From positions 32,721 to 96,720 of the forward strand of contig JACRIU010000102.1 in assembly GCA_016235775.1 (NCBI GenBank): 64,000 nt of DNA, in the 5' to 3' direction. Source of the stretch: Hydrogenophilales bacterium (GTDB lineage: Bacteria; Pseudomonadota; Gammaproteobacteria; Burkholderiales; Thiobacteraceae). Numbering within the stretch: position 1 is the first letter of the stretch; every line of letters starts with the position of its first letter. Shown here one piece after another: positions 45,283 through 53,463 of this stretch. The position numbers and the translations under genes are program-made. Under the pieces are notes generated by a model. That model was not told where the DNA came from and ran no database searches. It saw only the letters and a list, made by a program, of their open reading frames with translations.

Positions 45283-46599
45283 TCAAGAGAATCCAAACAC
45301 GCGGGGAGAGCGCCCACTACCCGGGGAGCAATGGGTCATCCATTCCACATGCTCTTGTGTTCCAGCAACAGCTAGCGCGCAATCGTAGACATAGGGTTCG
45401 TTGTCACACCTCGTGATGCGAACTATGTCCCCGCTATTCGCCCACGCGGCGAGGGCGCCAGAGTAGAAACGATAATCCGAACTGTTCTTGTAGTAGTACA
45501 TGCGAACACCCTTGATGACCACCTTGTCAGGATTGCTGATTGAGCGCACTCGCCACACGGGCTTCCAGTTCAGGTACACCCGCTCCTCGCCACCGGGGTC
45601 TTCGCCCTTTCGTGGATTAATTGACTCTGTGTAGTTGTCAGGCCAACCCCAAAATTCCTGTGCTGCGTTAATAGCCTCGAGAGGCACGCGCTGTTCACCT
45701 GGAATTTTGCCGGTTGTACCTGTAGTCGCAGTGAGTTCAAGGTAAAACGCGGTAGGCGCAATTTGCGCCAAAGGTATCAAGCCTAGGATATCTGGCTCTA
45801 TCTCGCTCTCTGGCGCCTCTAGCGGAACGCCGCCGGCAGCAGCTTGCGCACCTTCCTCCGCGGCCTTACGAGCCCTCTTCTCCTCATCCAACTCGTCGAG
45901 CTGATGGCGGATTGCAGCCAACACAACTTGTTGAACTTCAAGGGGTAACTGGGGCGGACCAGGAGTCGATTCAAAACCAAATACATCAGGTTCGGCTCCG
46001 GTCGCGACTGACTCACCTCGAGCGATTTTGCGGCGCTGCCTCGCTTCTGCAGCGCTCGGAATGTCGCTTCGGGCAGCCAGCAACTCAAGATATTCTTGGT
46101 CGAGACGGCGGCTTACGGGTGGGGCCGGCTTGATAAATTTGCTGAGCTGTTGCTTTGTCTTGGCAAGTTCGGCCGCGTCCGCAGGTAACTGGTACGTTAC
46201 GCGTACAGCACCCTCGTAGTTGCCATACAGGCCACCCTCAGTGAGGTTGTTAGACCCTAGAAAGATCTCTGCAGTTTCGGCAGTCTCTACGATGTAAAGC
46301 TTCGGATGAAAGGTAACGCCACCTTTGCGATTCTTAAAAATGAAAACTTCCACCTGCCAAGTTGCAAGCTCTTGAAGAACCTCTTTACTGGTGCCACCCA
46401 TGTCCACACCAATGACTACACGGATGGAAGCAGCTCCATCGTGCAGCTCATGCAATCGGTGCTTTAGCCGAAGGACTGCCTGGAGCGATGCGAATGCAGA
46501 GACGATGAAAACGCACGTTGGATTGGCCGGTGCTGCGAGTGCGCCATGAAGCAACACACCGAGTTGCTCTTGCGGTTGGGCGATGAAGTTAACTTCCAA
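45283..46599 (-). CDS. PLD-superfamily (single HKD) nuclease with putative B3-like C-terminal DNA-binding domain; candidate restriction endonuclease
   Basis: HKD motif FHPKLYIVE-x9-GSNNLT (His codon 46306-46308), Ala/Glu-rich linker, and a C-terminal beta-rich domain. Convergent with the methyltransferase, with 2 nt between stop codons. TTG start. Confidence 0.8.
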   Translation of the reverse strand: MEVNFIAQPQEQLGVLLHGALAAPANPTCVFIVSAFASLQAVLRLKHRLHELHDGAASIRVVIGVDMGGTSKEVLQELATWQVEVFIFKNRKGGVTFHPKLYIVETAETAEIFLGSNNLTEGGLYGNYEGAVRVTYQLPADAAELAKTKQQLSKFIKPAPPVSRRLDQEYLELLAARSDIPSAAEARQRRKIARGESVATGAEPDVFGFESTPGPPQLPLEVQQVVLAAIRHQLDELDEEKRARKAAEEGAQAAAGGVPLEAPESEIEPDILGLIPLAQIAPTAFYLELTATTGTTGKIPGEQRVPLEAINAAQEFWGWPDNYTESINPRKGEDPGGEERVYLNWKPVWRVRSISNPDKVVIKGVRMYYYKNSSDYRFYSGALAAWANSGDIVRITRCDNEPYVYDCALAVAGTQEHVEWMTHCSPGSGRSPRVFGFS

Positions 46600-46814
46600 A
46601 ATAATTTAGCCGTTTCTTTAGTGAGCGATTATTGACTAATAATACCGAACAACTTCCGACAGAATAAGCTATTTTCCGTCTAGGGAAACTCAAATGATTG
46701 GAGCCGACTCAAGCAGCCTCTTGCGTTGTTTGCCCTGGCTGACCGTTTAGGGACTGAAAGACTTATCCGGAGGCGGGGAAAGCGGTCATTGGTGAACGAC
46801 CGTTGTCAGGCGGA

Positions 46815-46900
46815 CGGCGGCTAAGGCCGAGAACCGGAAGGTGGCCGTGACCGCCGGGACGGGCTGGAGTTCGGCCTTATGTAGCGTTCCAGATAAGGCC
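46815..46900. other. GC-rich structured segment (two hairpins) in the 360-nt spacer
   Basis: Nested hairpin CGGCGG-CTAA-GGCC...GGCC-GTGA-CCGCCG (46815-46856) and a perfect 8-bp stem GGCCTTAT/ATAAGGCC (46873-46900). Confidence 0.4.
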
Positions 46901-46958
46901 AATGTGCGGTCTGGTCACCTCTTTGTTTTCGGTGCCGGAATAGAGAGCGCTTTACTCA

Positions 46959-48119
46959 TCACCAGACAAACTTTACCACGCGACCTACCGCCTCGTGCAT
47001 GCCGATCCAGGTTGCGCACGCGACCAGCAGTATTCCGCATGCAAGTGCTACGAGTATGACCGCTTTGACTGACTGCGTTACCCACCGCCAGCGGGAACCT
47101 GACCACGGTGACATCGTCAGCTTGTTTGGTTGATCACCCCAATCGGCCAGGTCAATTGCGGGCCAGGTCAGGAACGGGGCCCATTTCTCTTTCATGACTC
47201 GGCTCAAATGTCTCTCCTCGAAATAGTCGCTATGGCCAAACATGGGTTCCAGCTTGTGGATAATGTTCGCCTGATTGTTGAATCCGTAACGTCCGGAGGG
47301 ACCGGAGTCGGGTATGAAGTACTGCGCCGCGCGAACCGGAATGTCTCGTGCACCGTAGTGGCACATCACTGCCTCGATGCGCCCCGAGTTCAACAGCTCG
47401 TCCCATTGAAAATCGGGCCGCACGATCGAGCCGGTCAAGATTACTCGGCCAAGCTTGACGGGGTCAGCGCTTCGGTCGGCCAGCATTGCTTGCGTCAAAA
47501 GCCACGTACCGAAACTGTGCGCAATCACGTCGCACCGCTCTCCGTATCCTGCTGCTTTCATTTCATTACGAAGTCTAGTCAGATACCTGAGTAACCTGTC
47601 TCGATGCAGATTCTGGCGATACGGAATGAGTGGGCTGAGCTTGATGTTGCCATACTTGTAGATTCCCACGGGCACGGCGTAGCCGTATAACTGGGCCAGT
47701 CGCCAGCTGAAGTTCTGTTGCCACTCTCCCGGAGTATTCATTCCATGGACCGTGATCACCCACCGCACGTCTCGTGACCTGTGCCCCTCACGCATGTAGG
47801 TACGGACCAGTTCGGGGAGCGCGCCGTCTGGAAACGTATAGCCACATGAGCACCGCCTGTCTAGCTCGCCTTCGCGCGTCAGGTTGTTGCCACAGTTCGG
47901 GCATCGGCGATCTTCCTGGACCGCTAAGTACCCATCACGGACCAGGCGATCCAACAGGGCCCGAATTTTCTCAGGTTGAACATCGAGTTCCGCGCCCAAT
48001 TCCTGAACGGTCAGAAATATGGGATCGCTCGATGCGAGCGCCGACGCGATAGTTGAAATTAGTTGACCGTCGAATTCGACATCCAACACGTGCCAATAGG
48101 CGGTAGGAATTGGTTTCAT
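46959..48119 (-). CDS. wHTH - zinc-ribbon - alpha/beta-hydrolase (esterase/lipase-like) protein with C-terminal TM anchor
   Basis: CPNC-x13-CSC, VITVHGMNT, nucleophile elbow AHSFG (Ser codon 47514-47516) and FGHSDYF. C-terminal hydrophobic helix VKAVILVALACGILLVACATWIG. ATGA overlap with the upstream gene. Confidence 0.8.
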   Translation of the reverse strand: MKPIPTAYWHVLDVEFDGQLISTIASALASSDPIFLTVQELGAELDVQPEKIRALLDRLVRDGYLAVQEDRRCPNCGNNLTREGELDRRCSCGYTFPDGALPELVRTYMREGHRSRDVRWVITVHGMNTPGEWQQNFSWRLAQLYGYAVPVGIYKYGNIKLSPLIPYRQNLHRDRLLRYLTRLRNEMKAAGYGERCDVIAHSFGTWLLTQAMLADRSADPVKLGRVILTGSIVRPDFQWDELLNSGRIEAVMCHYGARDIPVRAAQYFIPDSGPSGRYGFNNQANIIHKLEPMFGHSDYFEERHLSRVMKEKWAPFLTWPAIDLADWGDQPNKLTMSPWSGSRWRWVTQSVKAVILVALACGILLVACATWIGMHEAVGRVVKFVW

Positions 48120-49189
48120 GTGGCGTGACTGAAGGTCAGGTCTATGACGGACCAGACCTCGTCGGCTGTCATCTGCGAAGGGAAATAGAGTCGCTTGTCT
48201 TTCGCGCTGAGTGACAGCACAACACTGCGGACTAGTCCCTTGACGGAACTCAATTCCACCTCAAATTGTGCGGTATCTCCGGTGAACGAGTCCTCATCGA
48301 GAGCTCGACGTACGCGGCGAACGGCGGCAACGTTTTTCCACGCGTCGTTCCCGGGCGCCACGTCGAACTCCACGGTAGCGCCCTTGGCAGCGAACTTTGT
48401 GTTCCTGGCCTTGAGCATCACGCCGGCACTGCCCGTTCCGGAGTCTAGTTCCATCTTGTCAAAGGCCTTTATCACCTTGGACACGCTGACGGGCTTGAGT
48501 TCATCTACGGAAAGAATTTCTGCCAGCACCGCTCGTACGGTTTCTTTTGCCACGTTATGGCTCGGATCCGCGAGCGGAATCTGCAGGAATAATGCGGCCT
48601 TCCGAGCACGCGGCCTGAGAACAAAACGGGCCACTGAACGGTCCAGCTGCTGCCGGTAAGCGCGAAATTCATAGACATCGCCGTCGATGACCTCGCGGTT
48701 CGGAACCTTGTCCTTTCCCATATCGCGATTCCAATACTCAAGTCGCCTACGCCAAACCATCTCAAACTGTCCGTCAACGTAGTCAATGGAAGCGAGCGTG
48801 AGATCCGCGGGAAAGTCAAGACTGGTGCCCTGCTTCCATACCCGGCTCAGACCCGTCGTAGTCAATCTGGCGATCAACCTGTCCGGTGACGTCCATGCAT
48901 CATCGGCACCAAGTTTCGGCGTAGCACGGTATAGATAAACGTGCTGCTTTCCCCATCCTTCAACATCGCTTAGCCAGGCTTCTAGGTCGCTGCCGAGAAT
49001 TGCGCCCTGCTCAATCGCCGCAACCAGATTGGCGAGTATCACGTCTTTTGTGGCACCAATTCGTATCGCCGGGTTGTCACGCTTCTTCTGTCGAAGAAAC
49101 TCCTTAATGAAGATATTCCCTTGAGCTTTTACGATGCGATTTGCGACATCAATTGCTCTTGATATGCCGTCCGAACTGCCGGTAGTCAT
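48116..49189 (-). CDS. Hypothetical 357-aa protein, family not recognised (weak SAP/HeH-like N-terminus)
   Basis: GGAGG SD 7 nt upstream of the ATG at 49189. Translationally coupled to the hydrolase gene. No catalytic motif recognised. Confidence 0.75.
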   Translation of the reverse strand: MTTGSSDGISRAIDVANRIVKAQGNIFIKEFLRQKKRDNPAIRIGATKDVILANLVAAIEQGAILGSDLEAWLSDVEGWGKQHVYLYRATPKLGADDAWTSPDRLIARLTTTGLSRVWKQGTSLDFPADLTLASIDYVDGQFEMVWRRRLEYWNRDMGKDKVPNREVIDGDVYEFRAYRQQLDRSVARFVLRPRARKAALFLQIPLADPSHNVAKETVRAVLAEILSVDELKPVSVSKVIKAFDKMELDSGTGSAGVMLKARNTKFAAKGATVEFDVAPGNDAWKNVAAVRRVRRALDEDSFTGDTAQFEVELSSVKGLVRSVVLSLSAKDKRLYFPSQMTADEVWSVIDLTFSHAT

Positions 49190-49618
49190 AGGAGCGCCTC
49201 CGATAAGTGAGAGTTGGAGTCGACATTACGCCAACGGAATCGCCACCACAAGTGCGTTACTTGGCCTTCAAGCATTGACACGCGTTGTTGGCGGCCGTTT
49301 TTCTTGTTATCCATCGAAAGAAATGGATCGATAGCCCCCATGCCATCTTTTCCAGAACAGGACGCTTGTGGCAGCTGCATTTACAAATCTATCGGCAGCT
49401 TTCGAATGACCGCCAAGCCGAACATGAGACGTTCGCCGCAAACCGCCTGAACTTCCGCCGCTGCAAAAAAGACATACAGCAAGCGAGCCACGACCGGCTG
49501 CTTCGGGTTTCTCGGAATTTTGATCAACCTCTCTGTCAGATCAAGTCGGAACTACTGCTAATATGTTCATCATCAAAAATAAATAGGCCATTTTCAAAGC
49601 AACCCAATTTACACGCTC

Positions 49619-50287
49619 ATGCGCATAAATTACTCGCCAGCTTTCTACCGTATCGCTCCCTTCGTAGCCTATCTCGCAGTGCTCGTGCTGGAGAGTCAAG
49701 CGCAACATCTTTTTGCCGGATTCGATGTGCGTTGCTTGTATCCGCTGAAAATTCTGTTGGTGGTGAGCCTGCTCTTCGCGTTCCGGCAGTTTTACACGGA
49801 ACTGCGCGGCTTTAAATTCTCGCTTGGCGATGCAGCCTTGTCCTTCGGCTTGGGCTTGCTCGTGCTTGTGGTGTGGGTTGGGCTGGACGTTTCATGGGCG
49901 GTGATCGGGGCGCCGGGCGTGGGCTATGATCCGCGCACTGCGGGGCAGGTGAATTGGGTATTGGCCGGGATGCGCATCGCCGGGGCGGCTTTGGTCGTGC
50001 CGCTGATGGAAGAGTTGTTTTGGCGATCCTTCGTGATGCGCTGGATGGATAAGAGTGATTTTCTAACCGTGAGTCCCGCCGCCGTCACTTGGCGCGCCGT
50101 ATTGATTTCGAGTGTGGTGTTCGGCTTCGAGCATCATCAATGGCTGGCGGGGATTTTCGCCGGCTTGGCCTACGCCTGGCTATATCGCCGCACTGGGCAG
50201 CTTCACTACGCGATTTTCGCGCATGCCGTTACCAACGGTGCGCTCGGCGTTTGGGTGCTGGCGACCGGGCAGTGGCAGTATTGGTAA
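49619..50287 (+). CDS. CPBP-family intramembrane glutamic endopeptidase (CAAX protease-related)
   Basis: Motifs EELFWRSF, FGFEHHQW and HAVTNG in a multi-TM 222-aa protein. Confidence 0.85.
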   Translation: MRINYSPAFYRIAPFVAYLAVLVLESQAQHLFAGFDVRCLYPLKILLVVSLLFAFRQFYTELRGFKFSLGDAALSFGLGLLVLVVWVGLDVSWAVIGAPGVGYDPRTAGQVNWVLAGMRIAGAALVVPLMEELFWRSFVMRWMDKSDFLTVSPAAVTWRAVLISSVVFGFEHHQWLAGIFAGLAYAWLYRRTGQLHYAIFAHAVTNGALGVWVLATGQWQYW

Positions 50288-50303
50288 TCCTAGAAACTAT
50301 TAA

Positions 50304-50507
50304 ACCACGGAGTACACAGAGTACACGGAGTATTCATATGCTTTGCGGGTTGTAGGGGTCGGGCATGCCCGACCCGCTGACGATACCGGGCGAGGCATGC
50401 CTCGCCCCTACCTATACCCAGTAGGTGAATCGGTAATAATTACCTGGCCTAGTTTTTTTACCCCTCAAGGGGGTATTGAAAAGAACCTCCGTGTCCTCCG
50501 CGGTGAA
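50304..50507. repeat. Composite repeat: CACGGAG-variant hairpin arms enclosing a REP pair
   Basis: Arms ACCACGGAGTACACAGAGTACACGGAGTA / ACCTCCGTGTCCTCCGCGGTGAA. Internal GTAGGGGTCGGGCATGCCCGACCC and CGGGCGAGGCATGCCTCGCCCCTAC. Confidence 0.8.
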
Positions 50508-50546
50508 AAGCCGTTTTTTGGGTAATTGGCGCGTAACTTCTTTCGG

Positions 50547-51617
50547 CTACTTCAACTTGATTTCCGTCCACAGCCGGCTCATCAAGCGACGTTTGCGCCG
50601 ATCCAGATCGCGTAGCTGTTCCAAGCGCGCCGCAACTTGCTGATCCGGAAATATTCCCCGGTTGGCCGCGATCACCGGTTCAATAAAAGGCAAGGCCGCT
50701 TGATTGGGATTGCCGGAGCCGGTCAGGTTGGTCAGCTCGGCGGAGTTGCGGCCTTCCAGCATGAAGTCGATGAAGCGGTGGGCGAGGTCGGGTCGGGGTG
50801 CATCGCGCGGGATCACCATGCTGTCCAGCGCCAAGACCGCGCCTTCACGCGGCACGGTGTAGGCGATGCGGATGCCGCGTTTGGCTTGGCGCGCGGCATC
50901 GGCGGCTTGAAACATGTCGTTCGAGTAGCCATGGACCAGCCAGATATCGCCGGCGGAGAGCAGGCGAATGTAGCTGGTGTTGTTGAAGGCCGCCCAATAC
51001 GGCTTGGCGCGCATGATGATCTGCGCGGCCTGCCGCCAGTGCGCCTCGTCCGCATCGTTGATGGAGTAGCCCAGATATTTCAAGGCGGCGGCCATGAGCT
51101 CGCGCTGATCGTCCAGCACGGTCACCCGGCCCTTGATGCGCGCCAAATATTTGGGTTCGAAGATCGCGGCCCAGCTATCGGTCGGGATGCCCAGCGCGCG
51201 CATGCGATCTTCGTTGTAGCCGATCAGCGTGATGGTGTAGGCGTAGGGAATGGAATAGACATTGCCTTGATCGAACGCCGCATTGAGATACAAGGGCGCG
51301 AGGTTGTTGAGATGCGGCAGCTTCTGCTTGTCGATCGGCTGCAAAGCGTTTTGCTTGATCAGCGATTCGACCGCGTTGCCGGTGGGCACCAGCAGGTCAT
51401 AGCCTTTTGCCCCCGCCGCCAGTTTGGCCAGCAGTTCGTCGTTGGAACCATAGGTGTCGTAGGAAACGCGGCAGGCACACTCGATTTTGAAACGCTCCAG
51501 GGTCTGGGGCCCGATGTAGTTGTTCCAGTTGTAGATGTGCAGGGTGTCGGCGGCCTGTGCGCCGAGGGCTAGGAACAGTAGCGCGATGCCGAGTCCTATT
51601 CGGTCGAATAGTTTCAT
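50547..51617 (-). CDS. potD: Spermidine/putrescine ABC transporter periplasmic binding protein
   Basis: Signal peptide, then LHIYNWNNYIGPQTLERF, typical of PotD/PotF. The ORF-track N-terminal extension is encoded by the hairpin element. Confidence 0.85.
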   Translation of the reverse strand: MKLFDRIGLGIALLFLALGAQAADTLHIYNWNNYIGPQTLERFKIECACRVSYDTYGSNDELLAKLAAGAKGYDLLVPTGNAVESLIKQNALQPIDKQKLPHLNNLAPLYLNAAFDQGNVYSIPYAYTITLIGYNEDRMRALGIPTDSWAAIFEPKYLARIKGRVTVLDDQRELMAAALKYLGYSINDADEAHWRQAAQIIMRAKPYWAAFNNTSYIRLLSAGDIWLVHGYSNDMFQAADAARQAKRGIRIAYTVPREGAVLALDSMVIPRDAPRPDLAHRFIDFMLEGRNSAELTNLTGSGNPNQAALPFIEPVIAANRGIFPDQQVAARLEQLRDLDRRKRRLMSRLWTEIKLK

Positions 51618-51634
51618 CCTAAAAACGGCAGTTC

Positions 51635-51767
51635 TTGCCACAGAGATCACAGAGCACACAGAGAAAAACCCGGTAGATTCCTGGTTCCTGGTCCACAATT
51701 TGGTTGGGGCCGGTAAAACAGAAAAGCTACTGCATTTTCTCTGTGCCCTCTGTGTTCTCTGTGGCAA
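51635..51767. repeat. CACAGAG-periodic hairpin element (full copy), intercistronic potC-potD
   Basis: Arms TTGCCACAGAGATCACAGAGCACACAGAGAA / TTCTCTGTGCCCTCTGTGTTCTCTGTGGCAA. Confidence 0.85.
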
Positions 51768-51791
51768 ATTGATTTTTTCTGGTTTCATGCC

Positions 51792-52571
51792 CTAAGCCCC
51801 ACTGCGCAGCGCGCTCGGCGCCAGACGCGAAGCAATCGCCAGGATGGCCAAGGTGAGCAGCACCAGAATGGTCGAGATCGCATTCACCTCAGGCGTGACG
51901 GTGATTTTGATCATGGTGTAGATGCGCAAGGGCAGGGTCGAGGCGTCCACGCCCGCGGTGAAGAAGGTGATGACGAAATCGTCGATGGAAAGCGTGAAGG
52001 CGAGCAGTGCGCCGGCCACGATGCCCGGCGCGATCAGGGGCAGGGTGATGTAGCGAAAACTTTGCCAAGGAGTGGCGCCGAGATCGCGCGCCGCTTCCAC
52101 CAAAGCCGGATCCATCCCCGCCAAGCGCGAGCGCACCACGATGGCCACGAAGGAAATGCAAAAAGCGATATGCGCCAGCATGATCGAGGCCAAGCCCAAG
52201 GTGAAGTTGATCAGCACGAAGAAAATCAGGAGGCTGACGCCGCTTAAAAGTTCCGGGATTGCAAGCGGCGCCACGATGAGAAACGGCAGCAGCCGCAACT
52301 TATAGCGATGCAGCGCCAGACCGGCCAGCGTGCCGAGCACGGTGGAAACGGCGCTGGCGACTGCCGCGATCAGCAGCGAATGGTAGGCCGCGCGCAGCAT
52401 CTCATCATCCTGCAGCAGCACCTGGTACCAGTGCAGGGTAAACCCGGTCCATTGCGTACCCAGCTTGGATGCGTTGAAGGAATGCAGGATCACGATCAAC
52501 AGAGGCAGGTAGAGAAAGGAGTACACCGCGAGCGCAGCCAGCCAGCGCAAGGTGGCGGGTTTTTTAAGCAT
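51792..52571 (-). CDS. potC: Spermidine/putrescine ABC transporter permease
   Basis: 259-aa 6-TM permease with an EAA-like loop (EAARDLGATPWQSF). Confidence 0.85.
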   Translation of the reverse strand: MLKKPATLRWLAALAVYSFLYLPLLIVILHSFNASKLGTQWTGFTLHWYQVLLQDDEMLRAAYHSLLIAAVASAVSTVLGTLAGLALHRYKLRLLPFLIVAPLAIPELLSGVSLLIFFVLINFTLGLASIMLAHIAFCISFVAIVVRSRLAGMDPALVEAARDLGATPWQSFRYITLPLIAPGIVAGALLAFTLSIDDFVITFFTAGVDASTLPLRIYTMIKITVTPEVNAISTILVLLTLAILAIASRLAPSALRSGA

Positions 52572-53463
52572 AGATGCGTCCCCCTGCGCGCCGCGCGGCC
52601 CATGCGGCGGCCGCAGTCAATGCCAGCACGAGGATGGTCATGACGATCGAGAGCGCGCTGCCGAACGGCCAATCACGTGCCTCCAGAAACTGCATTTTGA
52701 TCACGTTGCCGATCATGATGCCGCTGGCGCCGCCCAAAATATCCGGCACGGCAAAGGCGCCCAGGGCCGGAATAAAAACCAGGATGGCGCCGGCGATGAC
52801 GCCGGGGCGAGACAGCGGAAAAGTGATTTGCCAAAAGCATTGCCAAGGCGTGGCGCCCAGATCGCGCGCCGCATCCAGCAGGGCCGGATCATGCTTTTCC
52901 AGATTGGCATATAAAGGCAGAACCATGAAAGGCAGATGCACATAGACCAGCCCAACCAACACCGCGAACGGGGAAAAGAGCAGCGACACCGGCTCCAGGT
53001 GCAGCCAAGCCAACACGCCGTTGACCAGCCGTGACAGGCCAGCCTGCGGGCCGAGGATAATCATCCAGGCATAGATGCGCACCAGAAAATTGCTCCAGAA
53101 CGGCAAGATCACCAACAGCAGCAGCGCATTGCGCCAACGCTTGGGGCTGCGCGCGATGGTCAGCGCAAGCGGGTAGGCCAAGATCAGGCAACACAATGTC
53201 ACCACCACGGCATAGGCCAGGGATTTCAAGAACAGCCAGGCGTAGAGCGTCGTCGCGGCCAAGTCGGTGTAGTTGTCGAGCGTCAGATCGAAGTGCAGCC
53301 CTTGCGCGTCGCTAAGCATAAGCGGCGCCAAGCCGCCCTCCGCGCCGGGCCAGCCGAACGAGGCCGCCACCATGATCAAAGTCGGTGCGACAAACAGCAG
53401 CAGCAAATAGAGCCACGGGGGGCCGGCGATCAGCCAGCGCGCGAGGCGTTCTTTGTTAGGCAT
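52564..53463 (-). CDS. potB: Spermidine/putrescine ABC transporter permease
   Basis: Multi-TM with loop DAARDLGATPWQCF. Start chosen at MPNKERLARW; the ORF track extends to 53532 and overlaps potA. Confidence 0.85.
   Translation of the reverse strand: MPNKERLARWLIAGPPWLYLLLLFVAPTLIMVAASFGWPGAEGGLAPLMLSDAQGLHFDLTLDNYTDLAATTLYAWLFLKSLAYAVVVTLCCLILAYPLALTIARSPKRWRNALLLLVILPFWSNFLVRIYAWMIILGPQAGLSRLVNGVLAWLHLEPVSLLFSPFAVLVGLVYVHLPFMVLPLYANLEKHDPALLDAARDLGATPWQCFWQITFPLSRPGVIAGAILVFIPALGAFAVPDILGGASGIMIGNVIKMQFLEARDWPFGSALSIVMTILVLALTAAAAWAARRAGGRIYA

Larger units (their letters stand above)
42205..49618. other. Lower-GC genomic island (defence island candidate) without recognisable mobility genes
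   Basis: Base composition and codon usage change abruptly by eye after 42204 and return at ~49620. The four large ORFs inside are R-M-like or unknown. Confidence 0.7.

Noticed and set aside
46841-47059. 72-aa plus-strand ORF inside the structured spacer as a small island gene.
   Set aside because: It overlaps the 3' end of the hydrolase gene on the opposite strand, starts with GTG without an SD, and coincides with the hairpins. Treated as non-coding.
42205-49618. Reading the low-GC island as a prophage, ICE or integron.
   Set aside because: No integrase, recombinase, transposase, tRNA/tmRNA target, attC-like array or phage structural genes could be recognised. Only a weak pair of internal direct repeats was found.
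49285-49815. 176-aa ORF and other 60-80-aa ORFs in the AT-rich spacer upstream of the 357-aa gene.
   Set aside because: No SD and low-complexity translation. The ORF overlaps the well-supported CPBP gene start. The region is more plausibly the promoter region for the divergent genes.
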